Source: a virus
Virus record (IMG/VR): IMGVR_UViG_3300046747_000566
Coordinates: 1 to 64,000 of that record
DNA length: 64,000 bases
Reading direction: 5' to 3' (one strand)
The translations under genes were made by a program, and so were the position numbers. The notes beneath the pieces were generated by a model. It worked only from the letters and a program-made list of their open reading frames with translations. It was not told where the DNA came from and ran no database searches. This document shows, one piece after another, positions 17,853 to 26,873 of this stretch (position 1 is its first letter; each line of letters opens with the position of its first letter).

Positions 17853-18166
17853 GCAGATAGTAAATAACAATGGTGGTGATAATGATGATGTAGAGCGATA
17901 CCACAAGCAAGATGAGCACAAACGGGAACCACCTGAACTTACAGGTGTGTTTGCACTGGCATTCACGTTGTTGAGACGTGGCAGACGTTTGTACAGTATT
18001 CAGGTCGTGGAAGTATGGTCGAGGATTTTTGAGAAGCATAAGCGTGCTCCTGGAGTGACATGCCAATCCACAATTAAATTACGCATTGGAGGAACACGAT
18101 CTGGTTTCTAAGCAAACCGTGCAGAGGATTGGCATGCATCAATTATACTGCATAAAACATGTACGG

Positions 18167-18640
18167 TCAAGTCGTGATGGCTTTCCAATTCTTGGCAATC
18201 TCAGTCTGTGCGTCTTTTAGCGCTATTTTGCCGCTGCACACCTGATCATGCAGATAGTTCTCCACCTTGTCTTTTTCGTGTGCATTATATGGGCCTGTAT
18301 AGGGTTCAGGCCAAAGGTTCGCGATATCATTAGATCCCCCAATTTCTAAAGGAATTTCGTGGTCAACTTCGTACTCTCCAGGCGCATGGTTTGCAATGCC
18401 ATACTCCGCATACACCTTGTCTTTCACGGGTTGCGACACATTGCGTACTGAGCTAGCATAGCCCGCCGTGCACACCTGAGCGGCTGTGACGTTCGGAAAG
18501 ACTGCGCCAGTAGTGCAATGTGGGTCCGGTAGGGCGTCGTGAGCTACACAATGCGCTGGAGTGATCTGCACGGCCTGCTCTGGTGTAGCCGTGCAACTGG
18601 CAATGGTCAAGAAAAGCACAAAAAGGACAATATACCTCAC
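18167..18640 (-). CDS. lipoprotein with HNH-like nuclease motif
   Basis: Lipobox in MRYIVLFVLFLTIASC. Nuclease-like motif EVDHEIPLEIGGSNDIANLWPEP. Confidence 0.5.
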   Translation of the reverse strand: MRYIVLFVLFLTIASCTATPEQAVQITPAHCVAHDALPDPHCTTGAVFPNVTAAQVCTAGYASSVRNVSQPVKDKVYAEYGIANHAPGEYEVDHEIPLEIGGSNDIANLWPEPYTGPYNAHEKDKVENYLHDQVCSGKIALKDAQTEIAKNWKAITT

Positions 18641-19005
18641 ACTTTTCCCCCCTTACCATTATCGTGTATTCGAGTCGCTGTGGTTCTGCCTGTTTTCACA
18701 TCTTCAATGGTTATCAACTCTCCTTGCACGGTGATGATCATGCCACGCGTTTTCAGAGCTGAGCAAATTGTTTGCACAACCTGTTCTAAACGAGCATTCT
18801 CTTTTGTTAAATCTTCTACATTGTTCCTGAGCGCGGAAACCTGAGCTTGTAAGGCCACAATAGCATCTTGTTGTGCTTCACTTGTTGTTTTGCGCACTCC
18901 ACTTCTGATAATGTAGAAACTGCCGATAGCTGCAATAACTATCAATGTACCTGTTGTGACCAATCCTGATAATGCAGAGATAGTTTGGATTAAGCTCAGG
19001 TTCAT
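18637..19005 (-). CDS. N-terminal TM plus coiled-coil protein (lysis accessory?)
   Basis: LSGLVTTGTLIVIAAIGSFYII, then heptad-like ALQAQVSALRNNVEDLTKENARLEQ. Confidence 0.4.
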   Translation of the reverse strand: MNLSLIQTISALSGLVTTGTLIVIAAIGSFYIIRSGVRKTTSEAQQDAIVALQAQVSALRNNVEDLTKENARLEQVVQTICSALKTRGMIITVQGELITIEDVKTGRTTATRIHDNGKGGKV

Positions 19006-19007
19006 GG

Positions 19008-19346
19008 CTAACTACCTGACACTATGTCTTTACCAATGAGTTGATTGATTTCGAATACCGCTGCTTCTATGGCTATGTCGATGACATCAGGAGGTGGAAC
19101 CGGAAGTCCAAATTCGCGAAACAACACCATGATCTGCTGTACCGCTTGAGCCTTCTTTTGAGCGTTGTCAAGCGTTGTGCCTTCCTGCTCTACCTTTTTT
19201 ACAACTAATAGCGCAAACTGCTGAAGAGCTAGACGTGTGTGAGCTGGCAAGCGCTGTATGAGGTAGTGAAACAGCCAAAATGCTATTCCAATCATAACAG
19301 GCCATAAGAAAAACAACACACTATTAATCCACTGAGCTTGTGACAT
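19008..19346 (-). CDS. holin, LL-H-like
   Basis: GGAGG RBS. N-terminal TM segment, then the VEQEG...AQKKAQAV...IEAAV pattern. Confidence 0.55.
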   Translation of the reverse strand: MSQAQWINSVLFFLWPVMIGIAFWLFHYLIQRLPAHTRLALQQFALLVVKKVEQEGTTLDNAQKKAQAVQQIMVLFREFGLPVPPPDVIDIAIEAAVFEINQLIGKDIVSGS

Positions 19347-19418
19347 GATAACCTCCGATATTAGGATGCAACAAGGACAACCCAAGAAACCAATGCTAAA
19401 CATTAATAGTCCATAAAC

Positions 19419-19447
19419 TTGCTTCAGAGGCTGGTTTATGGTATACT
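19419..19447 (+). promoter_or_regulatory. HNH cassette promoter, copy 2
   Basis: TTGCTT, 17 nt, TATACT. Same CCATAAAC/GTTTATGG flank as copy 1. Confidence 0.55.
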
Positions 19448-19472
19448 GATGAGGTCAAATTGACATGTGTTT

Positions 19473-19502
19473 GGCCCCGCGTTGCTAGTAACAACCGGAG
19501 CC
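19473..19502 (+). ncRNA. conserved 5' UTR hairpin, copy 2
   Basis: GGCCCCGCGTTG-CTAGTAA-CAACCGGAGCC. Two stem pairs are swapped compensatorily relative to copies 1 and 3. Confidence 0.5.
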
Positions 19503-19515
19503 GTGATAACAGAAA

Positions 19516-20340
19516 GTGACTTCCGTTATGTCTAACAGTATACCAGAAAAAGCCTCTCAGTATACCTTTAATTTTGACGCGCTCATCAGTACGCAACACA
19601 TTGAAGATGCGGTTCATAACAATCCTCCTTTTGAGAGACAGTGTTCCCAATGTCTCAAAACAAAGCCTCTTTCCGAATTTGAAGCACGCAAAAACAGTAA
19701 AAATAAACGATGTAAAGTCTGTATCAATAAATACGGCTATCAGGCGAATCTTCAAAAACAATGTGACACGTGCCTTGAGGTGAAATCGCCCTCTGAATTT
19801 GGAGCAAATTCGAAGTACGGGAGAAACCAATCCTGTAAAGTTTGTGTCAAGAAAGCTAAATATCACAAGGCGGTTGCAGAGCCAGGGCAGACCAAACAGT
19901 GCACTGGCTGTCTTGAAACAAAACCTATCACCTCTTTTTCCCCTGCTGCATCTGGTCGCTATGGTGTCAGGGGTGCTTGTAAGGTGTGTTGTACTGCCTA
20001 CCAAAAAGAACGGTACAGAACAGGCCCAAAAACCCCGAAAAAGCGCAATCCAAATTCCGGAAGAATTCACAAACTCAGAACGGAGTTTGGTATGACCCTT
20101 GCTGATTATGAGAAAATGTTTATTCAGCAGAAAGGAGTTTGTGCCATTTGTGGCAATCCTGAAAAATCGAGGAATCCCAAAACAGGAAAGATCAAGAATT
20201 TGAGCGTAGACCATTGTCACACCACAGGTACGATACGAGGACTCCTTTGTCTCAATTGCAATCATATGCTTGGCAGTGGTCAAGACACCCCTGATCTTCT
20301 GAGGAAAGGCGCGGATTACCTCGAAAAGTACAGCAAGTAG
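19516..20340 (+). CDS. endonuclease VII-type HNH nuclease with three CxxC...CxxC modules (start GTG 19516 or ATG 19528)
   Basis: Modules CSQCLKTKPLSEF..CKVC, CDTCLEVKSPSEF..CKVC and CTGCLETKPITSF..CKVC. Core SVDHCHTTGTIRGLLCLNCNHMLG. Confidence 0.8.
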   Translation: MTSVMSNSIPEKASQYTFNFDALISTQHIEDAVHNNPPFERQCSQCLKTKPLSEFEARKNSKNKRCKVCINKYGYQANLQKQCDTCLEVKSPSEFGANSKYGRNQSCKVCVKKAKYHKAVAEPGQTKQCTGCLETKPITSFSPAASGRYGVRGACKVCCTAYQKERYRTGPKTPKKRNPNSGRIHKLRTEFGMTLADYEKMFIQQKGVCAICGNPEKSRNPKTGKIKNLSVDHCHTTGTIRGLLCLNCNHMLGSGQDTPDLLRKGADYLEKYSK

Positions 20341-20415
20341 CGATATGTTCTTGGAGGGGAGGTAACTGTTATCTTCCTTCCTCATGTATTCCTCTTCTTT
20401 CATCTCAGGTCCCCA

Positions 20416-20598
20416 TTATGATGCTACAAGCATAATCCAAGATACCAAGGCTAATATGCCAACTGCAAGCCAAAGCAACCAAAGAAAGCTGCTCTGTGAT
20501 TTGTATCCTGGAAAGGCATATCCTGCCAGGCAAGATGCGGCTACAAAAAGCATCAGGATAGCTGTTGGATTAAGACAATTCTGCAAGAAATGCATCAT
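20416..20598 (-). CDS. two-TM holin-like protein
   Basis: Two hydrophobic helices. Lies immediately downstream of the endolysin. Confidence 0.45.
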   Translation of the reverse strand: MMHFLQNCLNPTAILMLFVAASCLAGYAFPGYKSQSSFLWLLWLAVGILALVSWIMLVAS

Positions 20599-20607
20599 AT
20601 AAATCTC

Positions 20608-21846
20608 CTACTGTATCTGGGCAAGTTTCTTGATCAACTCAATATCATCTTGAATTGTCTGGCCAATTGTCTGAATTTGCTGCATATTGGCGACGACTGG
20701 CAATGCTTGCAGTGCAACGATCTCAGCTTGCAAGGCGGAGTTTTGAGCTTGCAGATCTGCTATTCTTGGATCTTGACCAATACCGCTATCGATATGCAGG
20801 AGGTAGACACTGCTCTGCTCAGATCCAGGAGGCGTATCAACCACGTGAGGACGATTGGGATCATAGCATAATACGCCTCTTTCAAAGCGTTGATATACCA
20901 CGCCTTTAATTCCCGAAACGTTTTTTTCGTTCGATAAAGGTAAGCCGAGGTAACTAAGACCACATAGCGCGTCTCCTCCGAACTTGCGATAGAAGTCAAG
21001 GATCGCATGGCCTACAAGAAAGCCATTGTCTTTACATGTCCAGATGCTGTTGTCTGCATTGCCAGTAAAATGACTGGCAACAGTGCTGTTTGCAAGATCA
21101 ATAGTGGTCATAGTTTCCTCCTCTGATTTCGGGAATGCCGCTAGGATTTGGCCTAGCAGCTCTGGATTTGCAATAGCCGTGTCGTAATGCCAAATCGAGA
21201 TGGCTGTGTGACCTTGGTCGTATGCAGCTTTGGCCAGAGCCACGGGGTCATTTAGGCCAAAGTCTTGTGTCATATCCAGCGTGGGCTGGAGACACGCTGC
21301 TCCTGCATTGGCGAACTCTGGCCAGAACGTGCCGAGGTAGTCGCTGTACTGCTGAGGCATATAGGCACTCACACACGGATTAAGCGCTTGGAGTACACCT
21401 TGCCAATTCTGCAAGCTTGGATCTGCCCACGTCGAGACAAGGAAGGTTCCCAGACCCTGCATGCGCCCGCACAAATGCTGAGCCCACGCAACCTGGCCAT
21501 TCCACTCTTGCTCTGCATCCATGCACACAATACCGTCCTCTTGCATGAACGATGTCAATATGTCTATCTCGGCATCTAGAACGTTGTATTTATTGCCATA
21601 GGAATAAATATAGGGAATGACTCCCACTCCTATTCCTTTCATAATATCTCTTCGTACCCTGTATCCATCCATGCCTCCATACCAGTGATACGCACCATCA
21701 GCAACTTTCAAGAGCAACGAACTGACATCATGCGCTTTTGCAAACTGCGCAGCTTGCGCAAACTGAGCAAACGACCAGCCCATGGTGTTTACCCCCAGAA
21801 AAAGCAGGTGTTGTCCAGTGATTTTTGCAGTGTCCGTGCAAGACAT
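20608..21846 (-). CDS. endolysin-like: TIM-barrel glycosidase-like N-domain, LGFP-like wall-binding region, C-terminal coiled coil
   Basis: Position in the lysis cassette. YSYGNKY...CMDAEQEW and LSYLGLPLSNE...VYQRFERGVLCYD. Confidence 0.5.
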   Translation of the reverse strand: MSCTDTAKITGQHLLFLGVNTMGWSFAQFAQAAQFAKAHDVSSLLLKVADGAYHWYGGMDGYRVRRDIMKGIGVGVIPYIYSYGNKYNVLDAEIDILTSFMQEDGIVCMDAEQEWNGQVAWAQHLCGRMQGLGTFLVSTWADPSLQNWQGVLQALNPCVSAYMPQQYSDYLGTFWPEFANAGAACLQPTLDMTQDFGLNDPVALAKAAYDQGHTAISIWHYDTAIANPELLGQILAAFPKSEEETMTTIDLANSTVASHFTGNADNSIWTCKDNGFLVGHAILDFYRKFGGDALCGLSYLGLPLSNEKNVSGIKGVVYQRFERGVLCYDPNRPHVVDTPPGSEQSSVYLLHIDSGIGQDPRIADLQAQNSALQAEIVALQALPVVANMQQIQTIGQTIQDDIELIKKLAQIQ

Positions 21847-21855
21847 AATCCCTCC

Positions 21856-22185
21856 TCAAGTTGGTTCTATCGCTAACAATCCAAAGTCAAATGTTTGTGG
21901 CTTCCCGCTCGTTGTGACTTTTATGTGTTGCAGAAAGTTGCCAAGATTTGCCACATCGTTGGAAGACTGCTGGTAGGTAATTTGAGCGGGGTTGCCACCA
22001 CTAGCTGCCGTTAAGTTGTTAAATACACCATCTCCTTGCCTTTCTACATCATTCGACATATTGCGCATATAATATGTAAAGTTAGCGGTGGTGAGACCTG
22101 ATATATCAAAGTCTCCTGAGTCTGGCTCAAGTTCAAATGTCCAGGGCTCGCGTGTATCGCCTTGAGGCCATGGTGATTGCGCCAT
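21856..22185 (-). CDS. hypothetical structural protein
   Basis: ORF track. Its start overlaps the stop of the repeat protein. Confidence 0.4.
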   Translation of the reverse strand: MAQSPWPQGDTREPWTFELEPDSGDFDISGLTTANFTYYMRNMSNDVERQGDGVFNNLTAASGGNPAQITYQQSSNDVANLGNFLQHIKVTTSGKPQTFDFGLLAIEPT

Positions 22186-25100
22186 TATCTGTTCCTTCCT
22201 GTAACAATGCCATCTCGTGCATTTCTTCTTGAAATGCTTACACTGCCATCTCTGCTATTCCCTGCTATCCTGCCGTCTCTACTGTTGCCTATAATTGGTC
22301 CTGATGTGGCTTCAAGGACAAATCGGCAACTAATGTCAGTTGGCCTGCCAATGGATAACAAAAACCTCAATGCCACATCTCGTGTATCCACGGCTTCGAG
22401 AATAAAGCGAGCGGCTAGGTCATTGCTGAGTGTTATGCCGTGAAGCAGGAGGCGCATTGAGAGGTCTCTGGCGCGACCTAAACGCAGCCTTGATGCGAGA
22501 TCTTGACCGATGGCAAGTTTTAGTCTTGTCGAGAGATTTAATGCTTTAGCTAGCAAAAAGCGAGTGAGAAGGTTTAAGCCTTTGGCTAGTCTGAAGCGAG
22601 ATGAGAGGTCGATATTTTTGATAACGGACAATTTAAGTCTGGAGGATATATCCAATCCTCTCGCTACTTTCAGCCTAGATGCAAGATCTTGATCTCTACC
22701 CAGCCTGAGCCTGATTGCCAAATCCTGAGCACGACCTAATAAGAAGCGAGTGAGAAGGTTTAAGCCCTTCTGGAGACGAAAACGGGATGAGAGATCTAGT
22801 GCTTTTCCAAGCTTGAGACGGGATGCAAGGTCAAGACCCTTTTGAAGACGAAAACGGGATGCAAGATCTAGTGCCCTCCCAAGCAAAAATCGAGAGGATA
22901 CATCAAATGCTTTTGTTATGCTTAATCGAAACCTTGTTGCTGTATCAAGACCCTTTGCTAATTTCAGCCTGGACATTAAATCCAGTGCTTGTCCTAGCCT
23001 CAACCGTGTTGAGAGGTTGAGTCCCTTGCCAAGCTTGAAGCGGCTGGAGAGATCAAGCGATTTGATGGCAGACAAGCGAAGCCTTGAAGCAAGATCTAAG
23101 GCTTTGCCGATCCGTAATCTAGTAGCGAGGTCCTGCCCCCTAGCTAATTTGAGCCTTGAAGCAAGATCTAAGGCTTTGCCAAGTCTGAAGCGAGAAGCAA
23201 TATCCTTGGCAGCATTGGCAAGTAATTTAAAGCGTGCCGCAACATCATTAGCAGATTGATTAATGATAATAAGCTTAAAGCGTGCTGATAAGTCTTTGTT
23301 GACTATTGCGTCTAATCGTAGCCTTGCCGCTAAATCTAGCGCTTTGCCTAATCGAAGCCTGGAGATTAAGTCGAGAGCCTTACCCAGCTTCAATCTACTT
23401 GATAGGTCTAGCGCCTTTGTTACTGACAGCTTCAGTCGAGATGAGAGATCCAAGCCTTTCGCTAATTTGAGTCTGGAGATTAAGTCCAGTGCTTTGCCTA
23501 GCTTCAATCTACTTAAGAGATCTAGCGCTTTTCCTAGCCTGAGACGAGAAACAAGGTCGAGAGACTTGATAGCAGATAAGCGTACACGAGCCGCTAGGTC
23601 ACGCGCTTTTGCTAAACGTAATCTAGAGGCAAGATCCTGGCCACGACCTAGCAGGAAGCGAGCAGCAAGGTCCAGACCTTTTTGCAATCGGAATCTAGTT
23701 GCTGTATCTACTGTCTTATTTACGGCTAATTTGAGCCTTGTAGCTAAATCAAGTCCTTTTGCCAGTCGTAAACGAGCAGAAAGATCAAGCGACTTGATAG
23801 CGGATAATTTGAGCCTCGTTGCCAGGTCCTGAGCACGCCCGAGTTTGAGCCTACTTGCCAGGTCCTGAGCACGCCCGAGTTTGAGCCTACTTGCCAGGTC
23901 CTGGCCACGGCCTAACCGTAGCCTTGAGGCGAGATCCAAAGACTTGATTGCCGATAAACGTACACGAGCAGCAAGGTCCCGTGCTTTTGCTAAGCGCAAT
24001 CTAGAGGCAAGATCCTGAGCACGGCCTAATAACAAGCGAGCAGCAAGGTCTTGCGCTTTCTGGAGACGCAATCGAGAGGCTATATCCTTCGATTTATTGG
24101 CGAGTAATTTGAAGCGAGAGGTTAAATCACGCGATATTCCCAGACGTAGCCTTGTTGTAAAGTCTTTCGCCTTGCCCAGCCTGAATCTACTGGATAGGTC
24201 CTGAGCACGACCTAGCAAGAACCGACTTGAAAGGTCAAGCGATTTAATGACAGACAACTTGAAACGTGAGGCTAAATCCTGAGCTTTTGCTAGTCTCAGT
24301 CGTGTTGCTAGGTCCTGTGCGCGTCCTAATCTGAAGCGTGCTGATAGGTCAAGTGCTTTTCCTAATCTGAAGCGGGATGGTAAATCTACTATTTTTGTTG
24401 CTGAGAGTTTGATGCGTGACGCTAGATCAAGCGCTTTTCCAAGCAAGAAGCGAGCCGATAAATCATTCTTAATTAATGCGTCACTTAATGTAAAATTGTC
24501 GAATTGTGTATTGGCTCCTGAAGCCGGAAAAGTGCGCACACCGAATTGACCGGAACTGTAGGTACTATCCGTTGCAGTCAGTGTCCATGCAGATGGCTCA
24601 CTGCTTCCATCTTGCCAGATTTTTGCAAAGAGCGATGAGCCCACCGCGCGAAATCTTATCCAATAGAAAGTGGCAGCAGAAAGAGTGAAATTCGTTCCGG
24701 TCAGTGTTGTGACCGATCCGCTATCAATACGTCCTATTTCTAGTTGTGCAGACCCACCTGGAGATATTTGTGCTTGATAGCAGTTTGTCCCTGCGCTATT
24801 CGAGCGAAGGATAATACCTGTGCCATTATCGCCTGTCGTGCTACACGCTAAGCGCACAGTGGCATCACATGTAGTAGACGTCTGAGAGCCCAACAACATG
24901 ATCTGACGAGCTGACTGTGCAGAAACGTTACCCTCGTTGGAGGCAATGGAGAGCGCGGCTGATCCCACTGGATGCGACCACGTTTCACCATCTGAGGCCG
25001 TCCCCCATGATGAGGCATTATCAGCTCTGGTGAAGGTGTCACTTGAAATTATGGTGAAAGCACTTTTTAGATTAAAACGAGCGACAAGATCAAGCGCTTT

Positions 25101-25976
25101 ACCTAATCTGAGCCTAGACGCTAAATCAATATTTTTAAGCGCTGATAATTTTAGCCTGCTTGATAGATCCTGTGCTCTCCCAAGCAAAAACCGTGCGCTC
25201 AAGTCAAGTGCTTTGCCTAATCTGAAGCGTACTGCTAAATCAAGTGCTTTTTGGAGTCTGAAACGAGATGATAAGTCTTTTGTGATTATAGCAGAGAGTT
25301 TTAAACGCGATGCCAAATCGAGAGCTTTTGCCAAGCGTAGCCGAGTGGCAAGGTCTTGAGCGCGGCCAAGCAAGAAACGAGCTGATAGGTCAATAGGCGT
25401 TTTAAAGACGGATGTGGTAACTTGTACATCATTAGCAACACCAGTCGATGCAGAGGTAGACTCAAATATAACAGGATTATCACCACCAATAGCCGTTTGG
25501 TTGTCTTTAAACCATAAATCAACATAGAGCAAATCAGAAGGACCAAATACAATAGAGGACATGCTTGTAGCTGAAAAATTATAAGTCGTCTTTGCAGTCG
25601 TAGCAGTCGCAACATTAATCGTTCCGATCTGCGTATAAGTTCCACCAGAGTATCTGAAGAAGCGAATGGTTGTGTTTGAGTTCGCCCCTTGCGCTCCTGA
25701 CAATGACATCGTGATACTAGCAGACCAGTTGCCAGTGCCGAACTCACCAGCCCCGGGTTGATAGACCCAGCCCTTGCCAGTCGGCGTCGCTGGTATAGAC
25801 ACATTGCCAGTCGTTGAGCCACCTTGCGAAAAGATCTCCCCAAAGGTATTAGAAGTTGCCCCAAAGGTTGTCGTCTTACTTGTCTCGGTTCCACCCGTCG
25901 TGTTGAGCGACATGTCAGAGGCAGTTGTCAGCGTCCCGTCTAATACAGAACTACCTCGAAGCGTCAAGCTTGCCAT
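22185..25976 (-). CDS. 1263-aa fibre-like protein: jelly-roll-like N-domain, 9 repeats, LamG/ConA-like domain, about 58 more 12-aa repeats
   Basis: Repeat unit is DLASRLRLGKAL and variants. Central domain has FYWIRFRAVGSSLFAKIWQDG...QFDNFTL. Confidence 0.7.
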   Translation of the reverse strand: MASLTLRGSSVLDGTLTTASDMSLNTTGGTETSKTTTFGATSNTFGEIFSQGGSTTGNVSIPATPTGKGWVYQPGAGEFGTGNWSASITMSLSGAQGANSNTTIRFFRYSGGTYTQIGTINVATATTAKTTYNFSATSMSSIVFGPSDLLYVDLWFKDNQTAIGGDNPVIFESTSASTGVANDVQVTTSVFKTPIDLSARFLLGRAQDLATRLRLAKALDLASRLKLSAIITKDLSSRFRLQKALDLAVRFRLGKALDLSARFLLGRAQDLSSRLKLSALKNIDLASRLRLGKALDLVARFNLKSAFTIISSDTFTRADNASSWGTASDGETWSHPVGSAALSIASNEGNVSAQSARQIMLLGSQTSTTCDATVRLACSTTGDNGTGIILRSNSAGTNCYQAQISPGGSAQLEIGRIDSGSVTTLTGTNFTLSAATFYWIRFRAVGSSLFAKIWQDGSSEPSAWTLTATDSTYSSGQFGVRTFPASGANTQFDNFTLSDALIKNDLSARFLLGKALDLASRIKLSATKIVDLPSRFRLGKALDLSARFRLGRAQDLATRLRLAKAQDLASRFKLSVIKSLDLSSRFLLGRAQDLSSRFRLGKAKDFTTRLRLGISRDLTSRFKLLANKSKDIASRLRLQKAQDLAARLLLGRAQDLASRLRLAKARDLAARVRLSAIKSLDLASRLRLGRGQDLASRLKLGRAQDLASRLKLGRAQDLATRLKLSAIKSLDLSARLRLAKGLDLATRLKLAVNKTVDTATRFRLQKGLDLAARFLLGRGQDLASRLRLAKARDLAARVRLSAIKSLDLVSRLRLGKALDLLSRLKLGKALDLISRLKLAKGLDLSSRLKLSVTKALDLSSRLKLGKALDLISRLRLGKALDLAARLRLDAIVNKDLSARFKLIIINQSANDVAARFKLLANAAKDIASRFRLGKALDLASRLKLARGQDLATRLRIGKALDLASRLRLSAIKSLDLSSRFKLGKGLNLSTRLRLGQALDLMSRLKLAKGLDTATRFRLSITKAFDVSSRFLLGRALDLASRFRLQKGLDLASRLKLGKALDLSSRFRLQKGLNLLTRFLLGRAQDLAIRLRLGRDQDLASRLKVARGLDISSRLKLSVIKNIDLSSRFRLAKGLNLLTRFLLAKALNLSTRLKLAIGQDLASRLRLGRARDLSMRLLLHGITLSNDLAARFILEAVDTRDVALRFLLSIGRPTDISCRFVLEATSGPIIGNSRDGRIAGNSRDGSVSISRRNARDGIVTGRNR
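22310..24464 (-). repeat. 36-bp in-frame tandem repeat array (block 2)
   Basis: Includes two perfectly identical adjacent units at 23821..23856 and 23857..23892. Confidence 0.85.
25055..25391 (-). repeat. 36-bp in-frame tandem repeat array (block 1)
   Basis: Nine 12- to 14-aa units. Confidence 0.8.
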
Positions 25977-26174
25977 TCATTCTCACCTCCTTTCTTGCGT
26001 AGCAGTAGACATGTGCTGCATTCTGTGCTAGACTTGCCGCTATGAAAGAGATATCTAGATTTATTTCTCGTATCCGTTGTGAACTTTCGTTCGGCCATAC
26101 TTGGCAAGTACACGTCAGCGACACTGCTATCACCCATGTCTGCAAGCACTGCGGCAAAACCACCGTGCGCAAAA

Positions 26175-26723
26175 TCACGCCAAGTTCAACCCCACAACCG
26201 AATGACTGATATTGTTAATTGGAGCTATTCCTTCGCGCCACGATCCAAAGTTGTATATTGATGTTTTGTAGGCAACGAGGCCTAGCTCCCTATCCCAGAT
26301 ATAACAATGGCAATCCCCCGTTTCTTTGTTGCCTACCGCTCCAATGATCTGGCATTCGAATGTTGACGTATTTGCACCGAAGCCGTCGAGAGTCTTGATC
26401 TTCATTTGAAAGACACACCCGCGCTCTTTGACAGGCAATACAGCACTTGAGAATTTACCTTGCTGTACTTGATGGATATCGTTGCCTTTTTCGATGCATG
26501 TGACCTGCGTTAAGTCGTTAGGAAACATGAGCCAGATCTCCTTGACCTTGAAGATGTCCCCCGTCGTGACCAAATCTAAGCTCCAATCCACTGGCTTGAT
26601 GCCGTCTCTTAGGACAAAGCCACGCTCAGAAATGGTCTTGCCAGTGGTCAACGTACATTCCCACCATGGACGCTGCGGTTTGACGGCGTTTGCTACTGTT
26701 GCCAGGCTTGTTTTGATGTTCAT
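26175..26723 (-). CDS. hypothetical structural protein
   Basis: ORF track. Confidence 0.45.
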   Translation of the reverse strand: MNIKTSLATVANAVKPQRPWWECTLTTGKTISERGFVLRDGIKPVDWSLDLVTTGDIFKVKEIWLMFPNDLTQVTCIEKGNDIHQVQQGKFSSAVLPVKERGCVFQMKIKTLDGFGANTSTFECQIIGAVGNKETGDCHCYIWDRELGLVAYKTSIYNFGSWREGIAPINNISHSVVGLNLA

Positions 26724-26761
26724 AATCCCTCATTTCTAGACATGCTAAATAGCCCATAGAG

Positions 26762-26790
26762 TTGCTCTATAGGCTGGTTCGTGGTATAAT
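26762..26790 (+). promoter_or_regulatory. HNH cassette promoter, copy 3
   Basis: TTGCTC, 17 nt, TATAAT. Confidence 0.55.
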
Positions 26791-26815
26791 AAGCTCATAA
26801 ATTGAGCATGTTTTT

Positions 26816-26845
26816 GCCCCGGCGTTGCTACTAACAACCCAGGGC
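26816..26845 (+). ncRNA. conserved 5' UTR hairpin, copy 3
   Basis: GCCCCGGCGTTG-CTACTAA-CAACCCAGGGC. Confidence 0.5.
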
Positions 26846-26873
26846 GTGACGACAAGAAAGGTGATTTCTTATC

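Noticed and set aside
17821-18111. ORFs 17821..18111 (+) and 17830..18066 (-).
   Set aside because: They are mutually exclusive overlapping ORFs with odd composition and no RBS. I cannot choose between them, and possibly neither is real.
22310-25391. The regular 36-bp periodic repeats could be mistaken for a CRISPR array.
   Set aside because: There are no unique spacers between repeats. The periodicity is in frame within one long ORF, and the repeats diverge like coding repeats.
22918-25894. Plus-strand ORFs 22918..23259, 23263..23832 and 24937..25359, and the alternative minus frame 25301..25894.
   Set aside because: These are mirror or shifted frames of the repeat array. They give S/R/L-rich low-complexity products and are nested in a much longer coherent ORF.
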